Shown here: piece after piece, positions 1 to 12,200 of the stretch
How positions within the stretch are numbered: position 1 is the stretch's first letter
How the letters are laid out: every line of letters starts with the position of its first letter
The notes under the pieces: model-generated
Database searches by the model: none
Told to the model about the DNA's origin: nothing
Seen by the model: the letters and a program-made list of their open reading frames with translations, nothing else
Position numbers and translations under genes: made by a program
Assembly: GCA_964016885.1 (NCBI GenBank)
Contig: OZ024752.1
Span: 33,852,001-33,916,000, forward strand
Length of the DNA: 64,000 nt
Reading direction: 5' to 3'
Source: Eledone cirrhosa
Lineage: Eukaryota

Positions 1-63
1 TTTATGTGTTTAATCCTTTCATTACTGTATGTCTAATAAAAGACACTGTCTATGTCTTTAACC

Positions 64-90
64 CTTTCATTACTGTATGTCTAATGAAAG
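64..90. other. Monomer-internal inverted repeat (example copy): CTTTCATTA-ctgtatgtc-TAATGAAAG, 9-bp stem and 9-nt loop, present in most monomers
   Basis: CTTTCATTA (64-72) is the exact reverse complement of TAATGAAAG (82-90). Confidence 0.97.
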
Positions 91-3000
91 ACACTGTCTA
101 TGTATTTAATCCTTTCATTACTGTATGTCTAATGAAAGACACTGTCTATGTCTTTAACCCTTTCATTACTGTATGTCTAATGAAAGACACTGTCTGTGTT
201 TAACCCTTTCATTACTGTATGTCTAATGAAAGACATTGTCTGTGTGTTTAACCCTTTCATTACTGTATGTCTAATGAAAGACACTGTCTATGTGTTTAAT
301 CCTTTCATTACTGTATGTCTAATGAAAGAAACTGTTTATTTGTTTAATCCTTTCATTACTGTATGTCTAATGAAAGACACTGTTTATGTTTTTAATCCTT
401 TCATTACTGTATGTCTAATAAAAGGGACTGTCTATGTGTTTAACCCTTTCATTACTGTATGTCTAATGAAAGACACTGTCTATGTGTTTAACCCTTTCAT
501 TACTGTATGTCTAATGAAAGACACTGTCTATGTATTTAATCCTTTCAATACTGTATGTCTAATGAAAGACACTGTCTATGTCTTTAACCCTTTCATTACT
601 GTATGTCTAATGAAAGACACTGTCTGTGTTTAACCCTTTCATTACTGTATGTCTAATGAAAGACACAGTCTATGTGTTTAATCCTTTCATTACTGTATGT
701 CTAATGAAAGACACAGTCTATGTATTTAATCCTTTCATTACTGTATGTCTAATGAAAGACACTGTCTGTGTTTAACCCTTTCATTACTGTATGTCTAATG
801 AAAGACACTGTCTATGTGTTTAACCCTTTCATTACTGTATTTCTAATGAAAGACACTGTCTATGTGTTTAACCCTTTCATTACTGTATATCTAATGAAAG
901 ACACTGTCTATGTGTTTAACCCTTTCATTACTGTATGTCTATTGAAAGACACTGTCTATGTTGAATCCTTTCATTACTGTATGTCTAATGAAAGACACTG
1001 TTTATGTGTTTAATCCTTTCATTACTGTATGTCTAATAAAAGGGACTGTCTATGTGTTTAACCCTTTCATTACTGTATGTCTAATGAAAGACACTGTCTA
1101 TGTGTTTAACCCTTTCATTACTGTATGTCTAATGAAAGACACTGTCTATGTGTTTAATCCTTTCATTACTGTATGTCTAATGAAAGACACTGTCTATGTC
1201 TTTAACCCTTTCATTACTGTATGTCTAATGAAAGACACTGTCTATGTGTTTAACCCTTTAATTACTGTATGTCTAATGAAAGACACTGTCTATGTGTTTA
1301 ACCCTTTCATTACTGTATGTCTAATGAAAGACACTGTCTATGTGTTTTACCATTTCATTACTGTATGTCTAATGAAAGACACTGTCTATGTGTTTAACCC
1401 TTTCATTACTGTATGTCTAATGAAAGAAACTGTCTATGTCTTTAACCCTTTCATTACTGTATGTCTAATGAAAGACACTGTCTATGTCTTTAACCCTTTC
1501 ATTACTCTATGTCTAATGAAAGACACTGTCTATGTCTTTAACCCTTTATTTACTGTATTTGTAATGAAAGACACTGTCTATGTGTTTAATCCTTTCATTA
1601 CTGTATGTCTAATGAAAGACACTGTCTATGTGTTGAACCCTTTCATTACTGTATGTCTAATGAAAGAAACTGTCTATGTCTTTAACCCTTTCATTACTGT
1701 ATGTCTAATGAAAGACACTGTCTATGTCTTTAACCCTTTCATTACTGTATGTCTAATGAAAGACACTGTCTATGTCTTTAACCCTTTATTTACTGTATTT
1801 GTAATGAAAGACACTGTCTATGTGTTTAATTCTTTCATTACTGTATGCCTATTGAAAGACACTGTCTATGTTTAATACTTTCATTACTGTATGTCTAATG
1901 AAAGACACTGTCTGTGTTTAACCCTTTCATTACTGTATGTCTAATGAAAGACACTGTCTATGTGTTTAATCCTTTCATTGCTGTATGTCTAATGAAAGAC
2001 ACTGTCTATGTGTTTAATCCTTTCATTACTGTATGTCTAATGAAAGACACTGTTTATGTGTTTAATCCTTTCATTACTGTATGTCTAATAAAAGGGACTG
2101 TCTATGTGTTTAACCCTTTCATTACTGTATGTCTAATGAAAGACACTGTCTATGTGTTTAACCCTTTCATTACTGTATGTCTAATGAAAGACACTGTCTA
2201 TGTATTTAATCCTTTCATTACTGTATGTCTAATGAAAGACACTGTCTATGTCTTTAACCCTTTCATTACTGTATGTCTAATGAAAGACACTGTCTGTGTT
2301 TAACCCTTTCATTACTGTATGTCTAATGAAAGACACAGTCTATGTGTTTAATCCTTTCATTACTGTATGTCTAATGAAAGACACTGTCTATGTGTTTAAC
2401 CCTTTCATTACTGTATGTCTATTGAAAGACACTGTCTATGTTGAATCCTTTCATTACTGTATGTCTAATGAAAGACACTGTGTATGTCTTTAACCCTTTC
2501 ATTACTGTATGTCTAATGAAAGACACTGTGTTTAACCCTTTCATTACTGTATGTCTAATGAAAGACACTGTCTATGTGTTTAACCCTTTCATTACTGTAT
2601 GTCTAATGAAAGACACTGTCTATGTATTTAATACTTTCATTACTGTATGTCTAATGAAAGACACTGTCTATGTGTTTAACCCTTTCATTACTGTATGTCT
2701 AATGAAAGACACTGTGTATGTCTTTAACCCTTTCATTACTGTATGTCTAATGAAAGACACTGTGTTTAACCCTTTCATTACTGTATGTCTAATGAAAGAC
2801 ACTGTCTGTGTTTAACCCTTTCATTACTGTATGTCTAATGAAAGACACTGTCTATGTGTTTAACCCTTTCAATACTGTATTTCTAATGAAAGACACTGTC
2901 TATGTGTTTAATCCTTTCATTACTGTATGTCTAATGAAAGACACTGTCTATGTGTTTAACCCTTTCATTACTGTATATCTAATGAAAGACACTGTCTATG

Positions 3001-6000
3001 TGTTTAACCCTTTAATTACTGTATGTCTAATGAAAGACACTGTCTATGTGTTTAACCCTTTCATTACTGTATGTCTAATGAAAGACACTGTCTATGTGTT
3101 TTACCATTTCATTACTGTATGTCTAATGAAAGACACTGTCTATGTGTTTAACCCTTTCATTACTGTATGTCTAATGAAAGAAACTGTCTATGTCTTTAAC
3201 CCTTTCATTACTGTATGTCTAATGAAAGACACTGTCTATGTCTTTAACCCTTTCATTACTCTATGTCTAATGAAAGACACTGTCTATGTGTTTAACCCTT
3301 TCATTACTGTATGTCTAATGAAAGAAACTGTCTATGTCTTTAACCCTTTCATTACTGTATGTCTAATGAAAGACACTGTCTATGTCTTTAACCCTTTCAT
3401 TACTGTATGTCTAATGAAAGACACTGTCTATGTCTTTAACCCTTTATTTACTGTATTTGCAATGAAAGACACTGTCTATGTGTTTAATTCTTTCATTACT
3501 GTATGTCTATTGAAAGACACTGTCTATGTTTAATACTTTCATTACTGTATGTCTAATGAAAGACACTGTTTATGTGTTTAATCCTTTCATTACTGTATGT
3601 CTAATGAAAGACACTGTTTATGTGTTTAATCCTTTCATTACTGTATGTCTAATAAAAGGGACTGTCTATATGTTTAACCCTTTCATTACTGTAGGTCTAA
3701 TGAAAGACACTGTCTATGTGTTTAACCCTTTCATTACTGTATGTCTAATGAAAGACACTGTCTATGTATTTAATACTTTCATTACTGTATGTCTAATGAA
3801 AGACACTGTCTATGTGTTTAACCCTTTCATTACTGTATGTCTAATGAAAGACACTGTGTATGTCTTTAACCCTTTCATTACTGTATGTCTAATGAAAGAC
3901 ACTGTGTTTAACCCTTTCATTACTGTATGTCTAATGAAAGACACTGTCTGTGTTTAACCCTTTCATTACTGTATGTCTAATGAAAGACACTGTCTATGTG
4001 TTTAATCCTTTCATTACTGTATGTCTAATGAAAGACACTGTCTATGTCTTTAACCCTTTCATTACTGTATGTCTAATGAAAGACACTGTTTGTGTTTAAC
4101 CCTTTCATTACTGTATGTCTAATGAAAGACACTGTCTATGTGTTTAACCCTTTCATTACTGTATTTCTAATGAAAGACACTGTCTATGTGTTTAACCCTT
4201 TCATTACTGTATATCTAATGAAAGACACTGTCTATGTGTTTAACCCTTTAATTACTGTATGTCTAATGAAAGACACTGTCTATGTGTTTAACCCTTTCAT
4301 TACTGTATGTCTAATGAAAGACACTGTCTATGTGTTTTACCATTTCATTACTGTATGTCTAATGAAAGACACTGTCTATGTGTTTAACCCTTTCATTACT
4401 GTATGTCTAATGAAAGAAACTGTCTATGTCTTTAACCCTTTCATTACTGTATGTCTAATGAAAGACACTGTCTATGTCTTTAACCCTTTCATTACTGTAT
4501 GTCTAATGAAAGACACCGTCTATGTCTTTAACCCTTTATTTACTGTATTTGTAATGAAAGACACTGTCTATGTGTTTAATCCTTTCATTACTGTATGTCT
4601 AATGAAAGACACTGTCTATGTGTTTAACCCTTTCATTACTGTATGTCTAATGAAAGAAACTGTCTATGTCTTTAACCCTTTCATTACTGTATGTCTAATG
4701 AAAGACACTGTCTATGTCTTTAACCCTTTCATTACTGTATGTCTAATGAAAGACACTGTCTATGTCTTTAACCCTTTATTTACTGTATTTGTAATGAAAG
4801 ACACTGTCTATGTGTTTAATCCTTTCATTACTGTATGTCTATTGAAAGACACTGTCTATTTTTAATACTTTCATTACTGTATGTCTAATGAAAGACACTG
4901 TTTATGTGTTTAATCCTTTCATTACTGTATGTCTAATGAAAGACACTGTTTATGTGTTTAATCCTTTCATTACTGTATGTCTAATAAAAGGGACTGTCTA
5001 TGTGTTTAACCCTTTCATTACTGTATGTCTAATCAAAGACATTGTCTGTGTGTTTAACCCTTTCATTACTCTATGTCTAATGAAAGACACTGTCTGTGTG
5101 TTTAACCCTTTCATTACTGTATGTCTAATGAAAGACACAGTCTATGTGTTTAATCCTTTCATTACTGTATGTCTAATGAAAGACACAGTCTATATGTTTA
5201 ACCCTTTCATTACTGTATGTCTAATGAAAGACACAGTCTATGTGTTTAACCCTTTCATTACTGTATGTCTAATGAAAGACACTGTCTATGTGTTTAACCC
5301 TTTCATTACTGTATGTCTAATGAAAGACACGGTCTATGTGTTTAATCCTTTCATTACTGTATGTCTAATGAAAGACACAGTCTATGTGTTTAACCCTTTC
5401 ATTACTGTATGTCTAATGAAAGACACTGTCTATGTGTTTAACCCTTTCATTACTGTATGTCTAATGAAAGACACTGTCTATGTATTTAATCCTTTCATTA
5501 CTGTATGTCTAATGAAAGACACTGTCTATGTCTTTAACCCTTTCATTACTGTATGTCTAATGAAAGACACTGTCTGTGTTTAACCCTTTCATTACTGTAT
5601 GTCTAATGAAAGACACAGTCTATGTGTTTAATCCTTTCATTACTGTATGTCTAATGAAAGACACTGTCTATGTGTTTAACCCTTTCATTACTGTATGTCT
5701 AATGAAAGACACTGTCTATGTGTTTAACCCTTTCATTACTGTATGTCTAATGAAAGACACTGTCTATGTATTTAATACTTACATTACTGTATGTCTAATG
5801 AAAGACACTGTCTATGTGTTTAACCCTTTCATTACTGTATGTCTAATGAAAGACACTGTGTATGTCTTTAACCCTTTCATTACTGTATGTCTAATGAAAG
5901 ACACTGTGTTTAACCCTTTCATTACTGTATGTCTAATGAAAGACACTGTCTGTGTTTAACCCTTTCATTACTGTATGTCTAATGAAAGACACTGTCTATG

Positions 6001-6392
6001 TGTTTAATCCTTTCATTACTGTATGTCTAATGAAAGACACTGTCTATGTCTTTAACCCTTTCATTACTGTATGTCTAATGAAAGACACTGTCTGTGTTTC
6101 ACCCTTTCATTACTGTATGTCTAATGAAAGACACTGTCTATGTGTTTAACCCTTTCATTACTGTATTTCTAATGAAAGACACTGTCTATGTGTTTAATCC
6201 TTTCATTACTGTATGTCTAATGAAAGACACTGTCTATGTGTTTAACCCTTTCATTACTGTATATCTAATGAAAGACACTGTCTATGTGTTTACCCCTTTC
6301 ATTACTGTATGTCTAATGAAAGACACTGTCTATGTGTTTAACCCTTTCATTACTGTATGTCTAATGAAAGACACTGTCTATGTGTTTTACCA

Positions 6393-6870
6393 TTTCATTA
6401 CTGTATGTCTAATGAAAGACACTGTCTATGTGTTTAACCCTTTCATTACTGTATGTCTAATGAAAGAAACTGTCTATGTCTTTAACCCTTTCATTACTGT
6501 ATGTCTAATGAAAGACACTGTCTATGTCTTTAACCCTTTCATTACTGTATGTCTAATGAAAGACACTGTCTATGTCTTTAACCCTTTATTTACTGTATTT
6601 GTAATGAAAGACACTGTCTATGTGTTTAATCCTTTCATTACTGTATGTCTAATGAAAGACACTGTCTATGTGTTTAACCCTTTCATTACTGTATGTCTAA
6701 TGAAAGAAACTGTCTATGTCTTTAACCCTTTCATTACTGTATGTCTAATGAAAGACACTGTCTATGTCTTTAACCCTTTCATTACTGTATGTCTAATGAA
6801 AGACACTGTCTATGTCTTTAACCCTTTATTTACTGTATTTGTAATGAAAGACACTGTCTATGTGTTTAAT
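6393..6870. repeat. 5-monomer (240-bp) higher-order repeat, two copies (example; recurs many times in the left two-thirds)
   Basis: Markers GAAAGAAACTG and CCCTTTATTTACTGTATTTGTAATG each recur exactly 240 bp apart (e.g. 6582 and 6822). The same doublet is seen near 4.4-4.8 kb, 9.8-10.3 kb, 13.6-14.0 kb and 16.0-16.4 kb. Confidence 0.92.
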
Positions 6871-7845
6871 TCTTTCATTACTGTATGTCTATTGAAAGAC
6901 ACTGTCTATGTTTAATACTTTCATTACTGTATGTCTAATGAAAGACACTGTTTATGTGTTTAATCCTTTCATTACTGTATGTCTAATGAAAGACACTGTC
7001 TATGTGTTTAACCCTTTCATTACTGTAGGTCTAATGAAAGACACTGTCTATGTGTTTAACCCTTTCATTACTGTATGTCTAATGAAAGACACTGTCTATG
7101 TGTTTAACCCTTTCATTACTGTAGGTCTAATGAAAGACACTGTCTATGTGATTAACCCTTTCATTACTGTATGTCTAATGAAAGACACTGTCTATGTGTT
7201 TAACCCTTTCATTACTGTATGTCTAATGAAAGACATTGTCTGTGTGTTTAACCCTTTCATTACTGTATGTCTAATCAAAGACATTGTCTGTGTGTTTAAC
7301 CCTTTCATTACTCTATGTCTAATGAAAGACACTGTCTGTGTGTTTAACCCTTTCATTACTGTATGTCTAATGAAAGACACAGTCTATGTGTTTAATCCTT
7401 TCATTACTGTATGTCTAATGAAAGACACAGTCTATGTGTTTAACCCTTTCATTACTGTATGTCTAATGAAAGACACAGTCTATGTGTTTAACCCTTTCAT
7501 TACTGTATGTCTAATGAAAGACACTGTCTATGTGTTTAACCCTTTCATTACTGTATGTCTAATGAAAGACACAGTCTATGTGTTTAATCCTTTCATTACT
7601 GTATGTCTAATGAAAGACACAGTCTATGTGTTTAATCCTGTCATTACTGTATGTCTAATGAAAGACACTGTCTATGTGTTTAACCCTTTCATTACTGTAT
7701 GTCTAATGAAAGACAGTCTATGTGTTTAACCCTTTCATTACTGTATGTCTAATGAAAGACACAGTCTATGTGTTTAATCCTTTCATTACTGTATGTCTAA
7801 TGAAAGACACTGTCTATGTGTTTAACCCTTTCATTACTGTATGTC

Positions 7846-7865
7846 TAATGAAAGACCTTTCATTA
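7846..7865. other. 29-bp deletion monomer forming the near-perfect palindrome TAATGAAAG-AC-CTTTCATTA (first of 13 copies)
   Basis: 19 bp of linker are missing. AC type starts at 7846, 11152, 14896, 37264, 39965, 51955. CC type starts at 8545, 11947, 15691, 40760, 46498, 52750, 58488. Confidence 0.93.
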
Positions 7866-8819
7866 CTGTATTTCTAATGAAAGACACTGTCTATGTGATT
7901 AATCCTTTCATTACTGTATGTCTAATGAAATACACTGTCTATGTGTTTAATCCTTTCATTGCTGTATGTCTAATGAAGGACACTGTCTATGTTGAATCCT
8001 TTCATTACTGTATGTCTAATCAAAGACACTGTTTATGTGTTTAATCCTTTCATTACTGTATCTCTAATGAAAGACACTGTTTATGTGTTTAATCCTTTCA
8101 TTACTGTATGTCTAATAAAAGGGACTGTCTATGTGTTTAACCCTTTCATTACTGTATGTCTAATGAAAGACACTGTCTATGTGTTTAACCCTTTCATTAC
8201 TGTATGTCTAATGAAAGACACTGTCTATGTATTTAATCCTTTCATTACTGTATGTCTAATGAAAGACACAGTCTATGTGTTTAACCCTTTCATTACTGTA
8301 TGTCTAATGAAAGACACAGTCTATGTGTTTAATCCTTTCATTACTGTATGTCTAATGAAAGACACTGTCTATGTGTTTAACCCTTTCATTACTGTATGTC
8401 TAATGAAATACACAGTCTATGTGTTTAACCCTTTTATTACTGTATGTCTAATGAAAGACACAGTTTATGTGTTTAATCCTTTCATTACTGTATGTCTAAT
8501 GAAAGACACTGTCTATGTGTTTAACCCTTTCATTACTGTATGTCTAATGAAAGCCCTTTCATTACTGTATTTCTAATGAAAGACACTGTCTATGTGTTTA
8601 ATCCTTTCATTACTGTATGTCTAATGAAAGACACTGTCTATGTGTTTAATCCTTTCATTGCTGTATGTCTAATGAAAGACACTGTCTATGTGTTTAACCC
8701 TTTCATTACTGTATGTCTATTGAAAGACACTGTCTATGTTGAATCCTTTCATTACTGTATGTCTAATGAAAGACACTGTCTATGTCTTTAACCCTTTCAT
8801 TACTGTATGTCTAATGAAA

Positions 8820-9260
8820 GACACTGTCTGTGTTTAACCCTTTCATTACTGTATGTCTAATGAAAGACATTGTCTGTGTGTTTAACCCTTTCATTACTGT
8901 ATGTCTAATGAAAGACACTGTCTATGTATTTAATCCTTTCATTACTGTATGTCTAATGAAAGACACTGTCTGTGTTTAACCCTTTCATTACTGTATGTCT
9001 AATGAAAGACACAGTCTATGTGTTTAATCCTTTCATTACTGTATGTCTAATGAAATACACTGTCTATGTATTTAACCCTTTCATTACTGTAAGTCTAATG
9101 AAAGACACTGTCTGTGTTTAACCCTTTCATTACTGTATGTCTAATGAAAGACACTGTCTATGTGTTTAATCCTTTCATTACTGTATGTCTAATGAAAGAC
9201 ACAGTCTATGTGTTTAATCCTTTCATTACTGTATGTCTAATGAAAGACACAGTCTGTGTT
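8820..9260. repeat. 3-monomer (48+48+46 = 142 bp) higher-order periodicity
   Basis: The 2-bp-deleted monomer (GTCTGTGTTTAA) recurs every 142 bp, at about 8828, 8970, 9112 and 9254. The same pattern is seen at about 41.0-41.5, 43.5-43.9, 46.7-47.0 and 49.3-49.8 kb. Confidence 0.85.
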
Positions 9261-12200
9261 TAACCCTTTCATTACTGTATGTCTAATGAAAGACACTGTC
9301 TGTGTGTTTAACCCTTTCATTACTGTATGTCTAATGAAAGACACAGTCTATGTATTTAATCCTTTCATTACTGTATGTCTAATGAAAGACACTGTCTATG
9401 TCTTTAATCCTTTCATTACTGTATGTCTAATAAAAGGGACTGTCTATGTGTTTAACTCTTTCATTACTGTAGGTCTAATGAAAGACACTGTCTATGTGTT
9501 TAACCCTTTCATTACTGTATGTCTAATGAAAGACACTGTCTATGTGTTTAACCCTTTCATTACTGTATTTCTAATGAAAGACACTGTCTATGTGTTTAAT
9601 CCTTTCATTACTGTATGTCTAATGAAAGACACTGTCTATGTGTTTAACCCTTTCATTACTGTATATCTAATGAAAGACACTGTCTATGTGTTTAACCCTT
9701 TCATTACTGTATGTCTAATGAAAGACACTGTCTATGTGTTTAACCCTTTCATTACTGTATGTCTAATGAAAGACACTGTCTATGTGTTTTACCATTTCAT
9801 TACTGTATGTCTAATGAAAGACACTGTCTATGTGTTTAACCCTTTCATTACTGTATGTCTAATGAAAGAAACTGTCTATGTCTTTAACCCTTTCATTACT
9901 GTATGTCTAATGAAAGACACTGTCTATGTCTTTAACCCTTTCATTACTGTATGTCTAATGAAAGACACTGTCTATGTCTTTAACCCTTTATTTACTGTAT
10001 TTGTAATGAAAGACACTGTCTATGTGTTTAATCCTTTCATTACTGTATGTCTAATGAAAGACACTGTCTATGTGTTTAACCCTTTCATTACTGTATGTCT
10101 AATGAAAGAAACTGTCTATGTCTTTAACCCTTTCATTACTGTATGTCTAATGAAAGACAATGTCTATGTCTTTAACCCTTTCATTACTGTATGTCTAATG
10201 AAAGACACTGTCTATGTCTTTAACCCTTTATTTACTGTATTTGTAATGAAAGACACTGTCTATGTGTTTAATTCTTTCATTACTGTATGTCTATTGAAAG
10301 ACACTGTCTATGTTTAATACTTTCATTACTGTACGTCTAATGAAAGACACTGTTTATGTGTTTAATCCTTTCATTACTGTATGTCTAATAAAAGGGACTG
10401 TCTATGTGTTTAACCCTTTCATTACTGTAGGTCTAATGAAAGACACTGTCTATGTGTTTAACCCTTTCATTACTGTATGTCTAATGAAAGACACTGTCTA
10501 TGTGTTTAACCCTTTCATTACTGTATGTCTAATGAAAGACATTGTCTGTGTGTTTAACCCTTTCATTACTGTATGTCTAATCAAAGACATTGTCTGTGTG
10601 TTTAACCCTTTCATTACTCTATGTCTAATGAAAGACACTGTCTGTGTGTTTAACCCTTTCATTACTGTATGTCTAATGAAAGACACAGTCTATGTGTTTA
10701 ATCCTTTCATTACTGTATGTCTAATGAAAGACACAGTCTATGTGTTTAACCCTTTCATTACTGTATGTCTAATGAAAGACACAGTCTATGTGTTTAACCC
10801 TTTCATTACTGTATGTCTAATGAAAGACACTGTCTATGTGTTTAACCCTTTCATTACTGTATGTCTAATGAAAGACACAGTCTATGTGTTTAATCCTTTC
10901 ATTACTGTATGTCTAATGAAAGACACAGTCTATGTGTTTAATCCTTTCATTACTGTATGTCTAATGAAAGACACTGTCTATGTGTTTAACCCTTTCATTA
11001 CTGTATGTCTAATGAAAGACAGTCTATGTGTTTAACCCTTTCATTACTGTATGTCTAATGAAAGACACAGTCTATGTGTTTAATCCTTTCATTACTGTAT
11101 GTCTAATGAAAGACACTGTCTATGTGTTTAACCCTTTCATTACTGTATGTCTAATGAAAGACCTTTCATTACTGTATTTCTAATGAAAGACACTGTCTAT
11201 GTGATTAATCCTTTCATTACTGTATGTCTAATGAAATACACTGTCTATGTGTTTAATCCTTTCATTGCTGTATGTCTAATGAAGGACACTGTCTATGTTG
11301 AATCCTTTCATTACTGTATGTCTAATCAAAGACACTGTTTATGTGTTTAATCCTTTCATTACTGTATCTCTAATGAAAGACACTGTTTATGTGTTTAATC
11401 CTTTCATTACTGTATGTCTAATAAAAGGGACTGTCTATGTGTTTAACCCTTTCATTACTGTATGTCTAATGAAAGACACTGTCTATGTGTTTAACCCTTT
11501 CATTACTGTATGTCTAATGAAAGACACTGTCTATGTATTTAATCCTTTCATTACTGTATGTCTAATGAAAGACACAGTCTATGTGTTTAATCCTTTCATT
11601 ACTGTATGTCTAATGAAAGACACTGTCTATGTGTTTAACCCTTTCATTACTGTATGTCTAATGAAAGACACAGTCTATGTGTTTAATCCTTTCATTACTG
11701 TATGTCTAATGAAAGACACAGTCTATGTGTTTAATCCTTTCATTACTGTATGTCTAATGAAAGACACTGTCTATGTGTTTATCCCTTTCATTACTGTATG
11801 TCTAATGAAATACACAGTCTATGTGTTTAACCCTTTTATTACTGTATGTCTAATGAAAGACACAGTCTATGTGTTTAATCCTTTCATTACTGTATGTCTA
11901 ATGAAAGACACTGTCTATGTGTTTAACCCTTTCATTACTGTATGTCTAATGAAAGCCCTTTCATTACTGTATTTCTAATGAAAGACACTGTCTATGTGTT
12001 TAATCCTTTCATTACTGTATGTCTAATGAAAGACACTGTCTATGTGTTTAATCCTTTCATTGCTGTATGTCTAATGAAAGACACTGTCTATGTGTTTAAC
12101 CCTTTCATTACTGTATGTCTATTGAAAGACACTGTCTATGTTGAATCCTTTCATTACTGTATGTCTAATGAAAGACACTGTCTATGTGTTTTACCATTTC

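Noticed and set aside
59-64. Telomere-like hexamer TAACCC in each monomer
   Set aside because: It is a single hexamer per 48 bp, often mutated to TAATCC, with no tandem telomeric tract or G-quadruplex-capable G-run spacing.
64-90. Intrinsic terminator or structured ncRNA
   Set aside because: The stem is AT-rich with no following U-tract and no upstream gene. Nothing in the sequence shows transcription.
11-100. Transcription-factor motifs (TAATCC K50 homeodomain, GTCT/AGAC Smad, TAATGARAT-like)
   Set aside because: These are short motifs expected by chance in AT-rich DNA, and they cannot be supported without knowing the organism or having binding data.
417-422. AATAAA polyadenylation signal in variant monomers
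   Set aside because: It is a by-product of the ATG to ATA variant, with no transcription unit evident.
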